The translations under genes and the position numbers were made by a program. A stretch of 63,885 nt of DNA, the filler included, from Thelocarpon superellum (taxonomy: Eukaryota): NCBI GenBank assembly GCA_026025795.1. It is 3 parts of 3 records of this genome, joined end to end, with 100 filler letters (N's around TTAATTAATTAA, not from the genome) between each part and the next. Parts side by side here need not be neighbours in the genome. Positions count along the whole stretch, not along the records: positions 44,347 to 63,885 come from JAPEUG010000343.1; 2 more parts are not named here. One strand, given 5' to 3'. The first letter of the stretch is position 1. Each line of letters begins with the position of its first letter. The notes beneath the pieces are model-generated. The model was not told where the DNA came from, searched no databases, and was given only the letters and a program-made list of their open reading frames with translations. Below, piece by piece: positions 45,452-58,311 of this stretch.

Positions 45452-46174
45452 TCATGAGACGTTCGAGCTCGAGCTGTCCGTCTTGCTCTGAAAGCTGCAC
45501 CATCTTCCCGCTACCCTCCGTATGTATACCGTACGGCCGGTGATGTTTCGCTCGTCCGTGTCCATACCAAGCATCGCTCCATTAAGCAACGGCACGGGCT
45601 CATCCCAGGGACTGCCCATCTGACGGGCGCCATCACCGCTCATCTTCATTTCTGGACACTCCGCAATGACCAGTCGCGTTGCTGTGCGTGCTGTCGCATC
45701 CACTGCCACTGACAATGTGCGGCTGATACCTTGGGCGGCGAAGTCGGACGTCGAACGATGAAGGCAGACCGGATTCAAGATCGCCAGCAAGGGGCATCGC
45801 AGGCCGGATTCGGGATTATTGTGATCTCGAGGTATCGAGGGGATCTTGTAGGTCGACAGCCACGCACGTAAATGTTCCAGGGTAGGACAAAAAGCAAGGT
45901 GGACTGAGCGGGTCAGAACCAGTCGTCCAATGGCCAGGCTCTGTAACTTCTGCGCGGCAGCCAGCTCAACAGACTGATCGACATGGCGAGATGGGCTCGA
46001 TGGCGGCGACGACGCGGGATGTCTTAGGGTCGATGGCCAGATGCGATGTAAGAACTCTTCGCGTGACGAGCACACAATGAGCGTGGTTGGCGGGGCATGG
46101 GTCTCGATGATGTATTCGAGAAATTGGAGACAGTCCACCTCGAGAATCAGAGGTGCCTGGACAGTCGATAGCAT
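45452..46174 (-). CDS. Fungal hypothetical protein, ~240 aa, alpha/beta
   Basis: Uninterrupted ORF from ATG 46174 with globular-looking motifs TTLIVCSSREEFL, LAFCPTLEHLRAWLS, FAAQGISRTLS.AV, WDEPVPLLNG and GRTV..RRVAGRWC.F. Confidence 0.75.
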   Translation of the reverse strand: MLSTVQAPLILEVDCLQFLEYIIETHAPPTTLIVCSSREEFLHRIWPSTLRHPASSPPSSPSRHVDQSVELAAAQKLQSLAIGRLVLTRSVHLAFCPTLEHLRAWLSTYKIPSIPRDHNNPESGLRCPLLAILNPVCLHRSTSDFAAQGISRTLSVAVDATARTATRLVIAECPEMKMSGDGARQMGSPWDEPVPLLNGAMLGMDTDERNITGRTVYIRRVAGRWCSFQSKTDSSSSNVS

Positions 46175-46453
46175 GGAAAGGTGTTCAGTCCGTGGGACAC
46201 GGGGGCTATCCACAGAAGTGGTCTACCTGACAGGAAAGCTATCATCACATCCAGTATATTTCAGAGGAGAAGCTTGTGGAGGGTCATTAAGAGAGTTCGG
46301 GCATGGGCTTCCGCTGTCGCTCGTGGGAAGCGTTGCATCAGGATCAAGACTCGATAGATCTCCCTCGCTAAGCTGTAGACAGCCGGATCAAAGTCTCACC
46401 CGGATAGCTCGATTCGCCCCGCCGCCTCTCCCTCCGGAGACGGATGGAGAAGG

Positions 46454-49053
46454 ATGGAGTCCATATCGAAGCTCTCGAGTCTTCTGGAGACAGGTAAGAT
46501 CCCCGTCCAAGCTTGTCGGACTGGGTCCCACCCTCACACGCCCCAATACAGCTCGCGACCTCACTTTGGAGGCCGCCCACTCGGCCGGGTCGGCGCGGGG
46601 TCTGCGAGGCACGACATCCACAAGACCTCTTCCGGCCGCGCAGCTGAAGAGGCTCTTGGATAGTCGAAATGACCGGGACATCTTGGAAGGGCTGCGCCGG
46701 GTGATCTCGGTATGGTCATCCTTTACCCCTCCCCACCTCTCGTCCCATCCGCAACCCCGACCAGTAGCTGACATGGCCGAGGTAGATGATGTACCGCACC
46801 CAACCCAGCCTTCCCTTCTTCTCATCCGTGATCAAAAATGTGGCATCGCCCAACATCGAGATCAAGAAGCTGGTGTACATCTACCTGGTACACCATGCCG
46901 AAGCCGAACCAGATCTGGCGCTACTCTCGATCAACACCATCCAGAAGTCGCTCACGGACCAAAACCCCCAGGTGCGCGCCATGGCGTTGAAGGTCATGTC
47001 GGGCATCCGCGTGCCCGTCATCAGTCAGATTGTCAGCTTGGCCATCAAGAAGGGAAGTGGCGACATGAGTCCCCACGTGCGCAAGGCCGCGGCATTGGCC
47101 ATCCCAAAGTGCTACCGCTTGGATCCGGGCACTCTGCCGCAGCTTCGCGATTACCTCTCGGTCCTGCTGGGTGATAGGCAGTACTACGTGGTCGGTGCAG
47201 CGATCGTGGCCTTTATGGACATCTGTCCCGACCGGATCGACCTCATCCACAAGCATTACCGCGGCTTGGTTCGAAAGCTGGTGGATATTGACGAGTGGGG
47301 GCAGTTGGCCACCTTGCGGCTGATGACGGAGTATGCGCGAAAGTGCTTCCCGCAGCGGAGGAAGAAGGTCCCGGCGACCGAGAAGAAGGGCTTTTACGAC
47401 GAGGACGGTGTCGTTACGGAGGGAGAAGAGCGGGAAATCCAAGTGCTGGACCCCGATCTCGAGCTCCTCCTCAAAGCCTGCAGACCCCTCCTACGGAGCC
47501 GTAACTCGGCGGTCGTTGTGGCGGTAGCTCGCTGCTACCTCTACCTCGCCCCACACGAATATCTCGATCTGGCCGTCGGGCCTCTCGTGGCCCTCCTGCG
47601 CAGCAATCAGGACATCCAACAGATCGCCCTCTACAACATCGTGAACGTCTGCCTCGCCCGGCCCGAACCCTTTGTCAAGTACGCGACTCGCTTCTTGGTC
47701 CATGGCCGCGACGCACCACACGTCTGGCTCCTGAAGCTGGAGGTTTTGACCGTCATCTTCCCCCACTGCGGCATGCATTTCAAGGGTGTGATTCTCAGCG
47801 AGCTCGAGCACTTCTCAAGAGGCGCCGACACCGACCTTGTCCGCGAGAGTGTCCGAGCCATTGGTCGATGTGCTCAGAGCGACACTCGTACTTCATCACG
47901 TTGTTTGCAAGTCTTGCTGGGGCAGATCTCCAGTTCAGATGGCAACCTGGTCGCCGAATCGCTGACAGTGATTCGACACTTGATCCAGCAAGACCCGTCA
48001 TCGCATACCAAAACCGTGATTCGCCTGGCCAAGAACATGGACACGGCAACAAACCCGCAGGCGCGCGCCAGCATCATCTGGCTCGTAGGAGAATTCGCGG
48101 GCATCGATGGCGAGAACAACATCGCCCCTGATGTCCTCCGTATCCTTGCCAAGGGCTTTGCAGACGAGGCGGAACCGGCGAAGCTGCAGATCATCCTGCT
48201 CGCGGCTAAGGTGTACGTCCACCATCTGAACCGGACGTCCAGTGCAAAGATGGAAGCACAACCTCCAACGATACTGCCCTCAACGGAAGCGTCTGGACCC
48301 GACCCGGACCCGACGCCGCCGTCAGCGAGTACGCCAGCGACCACCGTTGGTAGGCCCCCAGAGGACCAAGAACACCCCATCGCAGTGCTGTGGAAGTACA
48401 TCCTCCTCCTAGCACGGTACGACACGTCTTACGACCTACGCGATCGAGCACGACTGTACAAAGCCCTACTGTCGATCCCCGCCTCGCCTCAACTTGCCTC
48501 ACTACTCCTCCTAGCGCCCAAACCGGTCCCGCACACGCCTAGCCCCAGCGAGGATCGGAAGGGCTTCACGCTTGGCTCGGCAAGTCTGATCATCGGCGCC
48601 GGCGCTGGCGGAGGCGCAGGCGCGCATGGGATACAGGGATACGAAGATCTCCCTGACTGGGTCGAGCCGGGACACGAGCCCGATCCTCGACTGCGTGACG
48701 AAGGGCCGGGAAAAGCAGAATATCACGGTGAGAAGAGGCTCCATCCGGCCGGAGAGCGGCTAGATGGCGCGGTAAGAGACCGAGGGAAGGCGATAGGGGC
48801 GGGAGGTGCCACCGTGTTTGGAAAGACGAACGGCGTACCGGTCAAGGAAAAGACGCTGGATGATTGGCTCGCAGAGGACAATGGCGGCGATGACGAGGAG
48901 GAGAGCGAGGAGGAAGATGAAGATGAAGAAGACGACGAAGTGGAATCATCAGAGGAAGAGGAAGGTGACGAGGACGAGGACGAGGACGAATCAGACGAGA
49001 GCGACGAAAGCGAAGACGGAAACGACCAGGAGCACCACCGGCTAGTGAGGTGA
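46454..49053 (+). CDS. APL6: AP-3 adaptor complex beta subunit
   Basis: MESISKLSSLLET|ARDLTLEAA, LEGLRRVIS, IKKLVYIYL..AE.EPDLALLSINTIQK, DEWGQ, LARYDTSYDLRDRAR; acidic tail. Introns 46494-46551 and 46710-46785. Confidence 0.95.
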
Positions 49054-49787
49054 AACAACCAGCACACAGAGAAAGGTCCACGTAACATATGGGATCTAGA
49101 AACCTAGAGTCCATCGGCTGGAACCGCAGCTTTCTACGTGACTTGGATCGGGTTATTTCAGGCTGAGCAGCTTAGATATGATGGTGTAAGCTATAGAAGG
49201 AATCGTGGTGATGGTAACATGCGAGTCTCCAGCTTGGTACTGACAACTGCCAGTAGCCGAGCCGTGGGGTCAAAGGTCAAGAGTCAAGTACGTTATTTAT
49301 GGCGGGGTTGGATCGGATCCATGAGGGTCAGAACGGCTTGCTGCCGCTTCAACAGATAGCGTCGTGGATACTTTCGTGTGAGAATGATAGTAAGAGAGGC
49401 ACATGGTGACGTGGTCTTCGAGCTCCATCCAAGAGTGGATTGGAGAAGACAGATGTGTTGGAGATGAAGCCGATCGACGGGGTCGCAGTAGAGCCGTCCC
49501 ACGACGCGACCCGCGCGAAATCTACTCGAGACCAAAACCATGCATGCGCTATTCCGCATGCATACATGCGTCGAAATACAAGACTAGCCAACGCGACGCG
49601 TGACGAGACCTGGCGCGGACGCCCCGATGATGATGATGATGATGACGAGGCCGAGCACAATGACGAGGATGATGACGATGATGGCATCGACCACCGTGGC
49701 TGTGGCCAAACAGAGAGCATCATTACGAGGCAGGTCTCGGTAGCTCGACCTTCTAGATGAGAATCGCCACACTCGTACTATGCGTGT

Positions 49788-49805
49788 GATGATGATGATG
49801 ATGAT

Positions 49806-49855
<50 letters not shown>
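49788..49855. repeat. (GAT)/(GAC) trinucleotide microsatellite; a shorter related tract lies at ~49626-49683
   Basis: gatgatgat...gacgatgacgat run, read directly, between convergent 3' ends. Confidence 0.9.
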
Positions 49856-50158
49856 CGCCGATAAATGATGCAAGGATGGGAAATGCAGAGTAGACTCGCT
49901 GAGAAGCTCAGCCAGACCCGCAGCAGCATGCAGGAAGGTAACGTTACTACGGTCGGAGAGCGAGAGAGACGGCTCCATATCGGGCACAGACCAATCTAGA
50001 CGGCGAACGAGAATGGGCACAAGACGGCACGTAACCACAAGATGAGCGCCTTGCGCCTAGAGAAGATAAAGGAAACTGTCGTGACCATCTCGGTTGATGC
50101 CAGTCACCAGCAAATAAGGCCAAAGGTCAGTGTGGTGCTCTTGCATCATCGCTCAGTC

Positions 50159-52366
50159 TTACCATCGTCGGCTACCCTGGCGGTCAGCATCGAATCTCAC
50201 AGGTCGTCACAGAAAACCAACCTAAAAGCTTCGGCGACCCGCGGCTGGTTCGCCTTACGTTTGGGAGTGACATCGTCAGCCTGGCGAAGCGGTTCTCGCG
50301 TCCGTTCCTCGGCGCTTTCTCGACGTCGATAGTCCGCTGCCCGCTCGTGCGATGCTTGCCGGGAAGGCGAGGCCGATCTTCGGAAACCGTCGCTTCCCTT
50401 CCGCTCATGAGACCCATTGGTCTCCTCAGCAGAGACGCTGCGACGTGCTTGACTGTTTCGGTCTTGTCCAGAAAGCGGGCTACCGATAGCTTCACGATGT
50501 GAGCCTAGGCTTGTTGGGGGAGGCAGCGGATGTGGTCGCGCACGACGTCCGTATTTGGCCGATGGCCGTTGTTGATGAGACACATGATGCAGACCCTTTT
50601 CAAAGAGAGGAGTTGTATCGCTCGAATCGGCAGCCAGACATGGCTCGTCCACCGTGTCGCTATCATCAAACGGCACGGGGGGGCCTCGCTTCCGGTAGTT
50701 GGCTTGCATCGTTGGACCGTTACCACGCGAGAAATGAGAGGATGGGTGGATTTCGGGTTGAGGACTACGACTTCGCTGCCTTGCAAGATGGGCTTTGAAA
50801 GATCCTCGTCCTCCCGTTCCCCTTCCACGTCGGGAGATTAGAGCCGAAATCTTGACGGGTTTGGGTACGCCGGTGACACCGAGGCGAGCCAGCCTCTCTT
50901 CTGTCGTCTCATTCGCAGGGGGAGGGCCGATCTCTGCTGGTGAGCTGGCTGGGGAGGCTGGACGCAGGTTTTCTGCAGGGTATGCTGACAGTCCAGCACC
51001 GACACAGTTCTCGAGATTTTCCGTGGCATTATTCAGACCTGGATGAGTTTCATGTTCATCGGCCCAGCGATTCTTGACGGGTCGAGTCTCTCCGCTTTCA
51101 TCATGGTACTTAGACACCTCGCCCTCCTCGTCCGGCGCTTCCATGTGCCAGCGCCTTCCGCGAAGATAGCTTATGGGGACCATGGCACAATCTGGACGGA
51201 TCTTTTGGAACACGGGATCATCCTGTAAGTCTGGCCAGTCGGTAGAGTCTTGAACACGTTGGCACACCCGCTCGAGGTTGTCTTGTTTGATGTATATCGA
51301 GAGGTGCTCGGAATCACATGTTCGGTGGTCTTGGTCATCGTGAAATGCTGACGGCAAAGCGTATTGACACAGAACAGCCGGAGCGGTCACGGGTTCGGGC
51401 CAGGGCCATGCATCCGACATCTCAGGCGAATCCGACGAACCTGGCGAGGTCGTGTCGAAATTAGTACGCCGCGCGGAGGATTGGCTCTGCACAGACCCGC
51501 TGACCGATCGCTCAGATCTAGATGGGGACTTCCTCGTTGGGGAATGAGACTCATCATGCTGTATGTGTGGCTGCAACGGATGTCCATTGGCGAGGGACTG
51601 GTGTGATGCATAGGATTCCTCATCATACGGTCTGGACTTGTGACGTTGATGAGGAGGGGAAATATGAGCCCCGAATGCCTCCTGCGAACGATGGCTTTGT
51701 GCGGACACGGATCTCGAGAAATACCCGACTTCTGCACCCTGCGGACTCCCTGGGGTCGGGACACTTTGCGGAGTGTACGACGCTGCATAAGGCGGCTGCG
51801 AGTGATAGGGCGGCGGTAGCGGGGGAGAAAACGGTCCTGGTACGGGTGGTGACCATGGCTGATACGGGTGGGGCGCGCCTTGTACTGGCGCGGGTGGTCC
51901 ATAGGGTGCTTGGCCGTATCCATGAGGAATCATGGGAGGGCGGTGTTGATCGTAGGCTGAGGGCATTGCGGATTGGGGGGCATATCGCGTGACGGCGGCG
52001 CCATTTGGCTTATGCCGTTTGTGCGGATGCGGACGGCTGCCGCGCTTGATCGAACCGCTGCGCGAGGTCAGTGGGCTCCTCTTAAAGTCATCGATCGGCA
52101 AGCGTTACTCACGCTGGAACTGCGCGGCGGGGTTCCGGGCAATGTTGTGCCCAGTGGTCTAGCCGCCCACAGTTATAGCACGAGTGGGGGACTGCGGGGC
52201 CAGGCTGGCCTTGCACATAAGGCGCCTGAGCATAGGGAGGCGACATCGGTTGCTGAAAGACTGCCTGTTGCTGACCATAGCAGCCCCATGGCTGGGAATA
52301 CTGCTGGTGGGGCGGCAGCGGCGGCGGCGGGTATGGCTGGCCGCCATACCCAGGATACGGATTCAT
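50159..52366 (-). CDS. CCHC zinc-knuckle, low-complexity protein
   Basis: Pro/Gln-rich N-terminus; CYNCGRLDHWAQHC; intron ~52058-52112; TDWPDLQDDPVF; EERLARLGVTGVPKPV; a last intron gives the C-terminus VAEAFSRRW*. Confidence 0.8.
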
Positions 52367-53298
52367 CTCCCCGGTCGTACGCACCACAAGGTCACCGTGG
52401 AGCTCGGGGCATAGGCAGAGCTCAGAAGGCGTCTAGAGCTTGGGTAAGAAGGTGGGACGACGGCGGCATCAGAAAAACACGACAAAGACGGCGTCGGCCA
52501 AAGTCACGCTCCGCACGCGAACGGCCGATCTTAATAACCAATGGTGCAGATGGCCGGCGGATAGGCAAGATTCACTGCAGCAGGAAGGTGAGCGTTGGCT
52601 TCGCTCATGAACTACTGGCCGGTGGTCTCGTGGGCCTCGCGGGCGGGACTGGTAGAAGAGCGGGTGAGCGCAGAGGGATATCGATGCGATGGATCACAAG
52701 AAAGAGCGGAAGAATGACAAGGTTCATCGAGACAGAGGACAAGCCAGACAAATCGAACCGGAAAGGAGACGCCGTTGGCTGAGCGATAGGTCGCTGATGA
52801 GCAGGTGTCGATGGTGGCAATGGCTCAGCGAAGAGGAATGAAGACAAATTCTACTGTACAGCGCGTGAGCATGGGGTGACGGCCTGGCCGCCAAAAGGAT
52901 TTGGCGGCTGGCGGTGATGCAACAGCGCTCAAGCTTTGATGCTATCCCATTGGCCCCCCGGACAATTTAGACTCACTCGTTTCTTTCAAGACTTGGTTGA
53001 CTGGCACGCCGCACCACCGGAAAAGCGGCCATTGATTTCGCTACGGCACTCTGCAAGAGCTCTGCACGCCATTACGGCAGGCAAGCATCAACATCGGCGT
53101 CCAGCGGTCGGTAGATCGTGTGCGAGAGGTCCAACAGGAGCTCACGACATATCCTGTGACGCCACAAGATGGTGTCTGCAACCTTCTGATGGTGTTAGCT
53201 CGGTGTAGATGATGGTGCGATCGTGGCACGACCGCCCCTAGCCTCCTCTGCGACTCAAGCCCGGCTCAACGAGTCGCCGTCTTCGGCGGTGACGAGAC

Positions 53299-54425
53299 AT
53301 GCCCGGCCTGCCAGGTACCGCGCCAAACAAGAAAGCGCGTCAGAGTCGGAGAATGCTGACATGGTGCCGCAGCCAGCGTCGACCTCGACGCGTGTATCGA
53401 AAGGCTCTACAAGAAAGAACTCCTGGCGGAGTCCGTCATCGAGGCAATATGCGCCAAGACCAAAGAACTGTTGATGAAGGAGAGCAACGTCGTCCATATC
53501 GCGGCGCCCGTGACCGTTGTTGGCGACATCCATGGCCAGTTCTTTGACCTGATCGAGATCTTCAAGATCGGTGGCTTCTGTCCGGACACGAATTACCTTT
53601 TCCTTGGTGCGCGCCCCCGTGGCAATTCCCCTGGCCTCGCGGTGTAGGCTGACATGCTTGACGTAGGCGACTACGTCGACCGCGGTCTCTTCAGCGTGGA
53701 GACCATCTCGCTGCTGGTCTGCCTGAAGCTTCGATATCCGCAGCGCGTCCATCTGATCCGCGGCAACCACGAATCTCGGGGGGTGACACAATCATATGGC
53801 TTCTATACCGAATGCTCGCGGAAATATGGCAACGCCAACGTCTGGCATTATTTCACCGATATGTTTGATTTCCTGACCTTGAGCGTGGTCATCGACAATC
53901 AGATCTTCTGCGTTCATGGAGGTAGGCCGGCCTCACGCAGATGCCATGCCAACGCTAAGTCGTCGTGCGCCAGGTCTGTCGCCATCGATACACTCGATCG
54001 ATCAAATCAAGATCATCGACCGCTTCCGAGAGATTCCCCACGAGGGTCCCATGGCAGATCTGGTCTGGTCAGACCCCGATCCGGAGCGGGACGAGTTCTC
54101 GCTCTCCCCACGCGGCGCCGGGTACACCTTTGGCGCGCAAGTGGTGAAGAAGTTCCTCGAAGTGAATTCCATGTCGCACATCCTGCGCGCACACCAGTTG
54201 TGCCAGGAGGGGTACCAGATTCTTTACGATGACCGCCTGAGCACGGTCTGGAGTGCGCCCAACTACTGCTATCGGTGTGGCAACATGGCTAGCGTCCTGG
54301 AGGTGAGCGCAACGGGGGAACGGTTCTTCAATGTCTTCGACGCTGCGCCCGAGAATGACCTCCACCGGGCCGAGCAGAGTCACGATAAGGGAGGTCAAGG
54401 CGTCGTGGTCGAATACTTTCTCTGA
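53299..54425 (+). CDS. PPG1: PP2A-like Ser/Thr protein phosphatase Ppg1
   Basis: GDIHGQ, GDYVDRG, RGNHE, HGGLSP, RAHQL and [13 protein letters not shown]-terminal [24 protein letters not shown] suggests the Ppg1 clade. Three introns. Confidence 0.88.
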
Positions 54426-54636
54426 GTGGCATGGGACTTTGGCTCTCCACGCATGACGGCGTTGGGTCCCCTGTAACGATAGGCACGGACGGCGTTTTCG
54501 GTGCATTCGTCTCAGAACACCACTATGGTTTGGCCAGCGCCCGGGACCTTGGGTCGACCAAAGCCGCTGGCACGAAGCTGCATGCAAAGGGAAGGAAATG
54601 GCATGAAGATTGTCCAACATATCCGCCTTCCACGGC

Positions 54637-55422
54637 CTACCATTCCTTGGTGATGTCAAAAGACCATTCGAATTTGAGATGCGTCTGGTCGTCGTCGTCG
54701 ATGAACTTGGATACGGCGTCATAGTGTCCTCGCATCATCATGCCAGAGGGTGCCTCCTCCGAGGCGACTAGATCGAGGGTCAATGATGCCTTCTTTCAAG
54801 CGCATGGACATGGACGCACATTTCTTCTCGTAGAACGGCTGCCCTTCATTGTTGGGTGGGTAAGATCCCTGCCACCCTCAAGTCAGTGATCTGCTTCGCC
54901 CGGTCGGTAGACGACGCTTACGATCATCTCCTCATCCTTTGCCACGCGAATGCCCTTGCGCTTGACGACTTGAAGATATTTGAGGCCGCTGAGGACGTCA
55001 TGTTGCACCCTGAACTTTGCCTTCATGCGGAACCGAGCACCTTCCTTGATGGTGAAGGGCTTACCCTTGAGCTTCTCAAGGGCACCCGGGACGGTCAAGT
55101 CGACGATGAAGTCATCCCGACCCTCGACCTCCAACGCGAGCGAGAGGATGATGGCTCGGCGAGGATCATTGGCGTCGGCGATACTGTTGCCCGTGCCAAT
55201 GCCAAGCGATTCTTTCCAGCGCCGCAGCGAATCGTCATTCTGGTCTGCAAGCAATGATCGTCGTCAGCGCGGGCTCTTATTCCCCAACGTGCACGGGCAA
55301 GTGCAGGAGTGGGGCTGATGGCCCGTACCTAAGTTCTTGTATTCCTCTACTGTCTTCTTTTCCCCAACCTTATATCCTTCGGTGCGTGAGGGGGCCAAAT
55401 CGTCATCCGCATTGGCGCTCAT
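54637..55422 (-). CDS. RDI1: Rho GDP-dissociation inhibitor
   Basis: EGYKVGEKKTVEEYKNL|DQNDDSLRRWKESLG, FTIKEG, VLSGLKYLQVVKRKGI, EEAPSGMMMRGHY and HLKFEWSFDITKEW*. Confidence 0.95.
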
Positions 55423-56434
55423 GGTGGCTGGTGGTGGAAATGCACTGGAAATTGGGCGGTGGATAGCTTCGGGTCGGTAACCAGGATCAGTCTTCCGTAT
55501 CGTGCCCCACCATCGAGCTTGATTACTAAGGCTGTGCGATGGTGGGACGGCAGAGAGGTGTGTCTAATCACGTGATATACTTCCCTCTCCTGGCGCATCC
55601 GTCTAGCTGCCCCAGATCGTCGAGCGTGCGGGAGCCTCACTTTGACCGTGCGGCTGGAGGACCTTGACCAAGTTGAAAACACCCTCCAAGTGGTTTTGTA
55701 CCACAGGTGCTCCACCTCCACCAACAAGAAGTTGGCTCATTTGTGTGAGTTGACATGCGCAGCCTTGAACACCCGTCGCTCCGGGAAACGTGCTCCAGTG
55801 AGCTCTGGTGCGGCTCGTAGCCACACTAGCCAGGAGGGGGCTCTCGGGCGTTCCGATCGCTGTTTGGTAGTTGAACGGCAACTTCGCGATTAGCGTGCGG
55901 GCACCCATACACGTAGCGCGAGTCCTCGGAGGACGGAGGTCTCCCCGGCCTCGCGCTTTGTTCCTCCCAGAGCGCGCGGTGTCGCCTAGCGCCGGCAAGG
56001 CGGCATAGGGAGGTGGAGGGAGTCGGGTAAGCACTTCGCACAATTGCTGCCGCTATAACTGAGTCTGTCAGTTACGAACCTCCGAAGATTGTACCAACCC
56101 CAGCCCTCCGATTATCCCTCTAGCCTCTAGCGACCATGGCACGGGCGGTCTCCATCACGACTACTTATCGCGTTCTTCGCCGCGCACTTCATCCAGCGCC
56201 ACTATCCCATCGCGTTCGATCCTCGTCATCAGGTTGCTTCTCGATAGGCCATTCGATCTTCTCGTTCCCCACACACGATTCCTCGCTCATTCTAACCTCG
56301 ACTGGACGTGCGCGTTCCCGTAGCCTCGAGCTTTGGCCACGCGCACCCTTCTGTTCTGTCAGCTTCCATCATCGCACCAACGACTTTCCTTGTCGCCCCG
56401 TCGCCACTCAATCCATTCCCATCCATCTTGCACC

Positions 56435-57773
56435 ATGGCGCCCAAACGGTTCTTGCCTGCGGCGAACAATCCGTTGATGCATCCCGAACACAGCCCATCC
56501 TGTGAGTCGTCGATCGAGTCGATTGCATCTTTGCGCGTCGCTGATTGAGGTACGACGGGCAGTCGATGAGCTAGTCGAGCGACGCCGTCTAGGTCAAACC
56601 AACCTCGCCGTCAAAGCGGCACAGGTTGGGACGTCCAATGCGACCATGCCGATCAATCTAGGCAAATTCGACTACGCGCATCTGCGGGCGCCATTGCCCA
56701 AAGACCTCACCGGTTCGGGCATCTTCACTCCCGGCTCGACTCCTGAGTCGTATTTCTTAATGCGACGTAGCACCGATGGATTTATCAGTGCGACGGGTCT
56801 CTTCAAAGCTTCATATCCGTGGGCCGAAGCGGCCGAAGAGGAGCTCGAGCGTAAATACGTCAAGTCGCAGTCGCACTCGAGTGGCGACGAGACGGCGGGC
56901 AACGTCTGGATTGAGCCGACCCTGGGTGAGCGATGGGAAGATCGTCTGCGAGACCCGTGACTGACTCAAGTGCCACCATGCGGTAGCTCTCAAACTGGCA
57001 GAGGATTACAACATCCTCATCTGGGTGCGTGCCTTGTTGGACCCACGGCCAATTCCACCGGGCATTCATGCACGAAGTATTTTGCCGCCACCGACCTTCA
57101 TCCTCAATCCTGTCTCGTTACCACCCGCGCCTGCACTCTCCGCCACCCCGGCTCGAGCCCGTAAGCAACGGTCTGCATCTCCGGCAAAGCAGGGTTCGCC
57201 CGCCAAAGCCAAGAATGCCTCTCCGCGCAAACGCGCATCTAAAGCGACTCCTCTGGCACACGCCAACGCCGCCAGCGCCACTCTCCAGACCGCTCTAAAC
57301 AACGCGGGCACGGCGGTGGAGAGTCCCTCCGCCGGACGGACCAGCACGGGCAAGGTGGAGGTGGAGACCAAGACGGAGACCGACGGCGGCGTCGAAGCGA
57401 CGCAGACTACTGTCACAGTCGAGCTTCCACCCTCGACAGCCGGCGCCCCCTCTCCGCAAGACACCAAGGAGGTGCTTGCGACGGCGAAGAAGATGGTAGA
57501 AGAGGCGAGCAACAGTGAAGCGAAGCCGTCCAGATCCGGTAAGAGGAAAGCGGAGAGCATCGACGAGGAAGAAAAGGACGGTCCATCCGCGCCGGCGCAG
57601 CCCGCCAAAAAGGCCAAAATATTGGAAGAGGAATTACGAAAGGAAAGGGTCAAGACCAAAGCACTCATGGGGCTTACCGCGACCCTGGCGATTGGGTAAG
57701 TGGCCGTACGTCTGATGCAATCCGACCGACGAGGCTGATGACCATTAGTGCCATCATTCCCTATATTCTATAA
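56435..57773 (+). CDS. APSES/KilA-N domain protein with C-terminal TM tail (Bqt4-like inner nuclear membrane protein)
   Basis: FDYAHLRAPLP, YFLMRRSTDGFISATGLFKASYPWA, ETAGNVWI..ALKLAEDY; tail ALMGLTATLAIG|AIIPYIL*. Three introns. Confidence 0.85.
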
Positions 57774-58311
57774 GCCTGGACACCTACGACCTGAGCATTC
57801 GGCGCCGACGAGGTCTCCGTCGACGGCGCTGTATTCGCCTTCACCATACCCATCATTTTCTTTGGCGTTCTTTTGGCTGCTCGGACTCTTCTGTGTGTCT
57901 TGTCACTCCTTTAGCCGTCATGCTAACCCACGGCAGGGTCTAGCGGTAGGCCCACAAAGCGTTAGGAGGACGGGAAGTGGAGATTTAGACAAGATCCGCT
58001 TCAGGTGTACATAAAGGATAAATCAAATGGTCATCTTCGGAGAGCTCATAAGAGCGAAGTCTTAGTCGTAGACTGTAAAGTCAGCTGCGTGGTACGGTAC
58101 GGGAAGTTCTTCACGTCGATGTTGACGAAGCCTAGCATAGGCACTTTCAAGTGCAATGAGACTTTGGTGGTGACTGCGAGAGACGATGCGTACATAAGGA
58201 CAATCGATAACGGCAGACGCAACAGGCTCAACGCTCGTTAGGTGGGAGGGCCCAGAGCCGGGGCACTACATCGTGGGCCCATCTTCTGTTTCTTCCGCAC
58301 ATGGATCTGTC

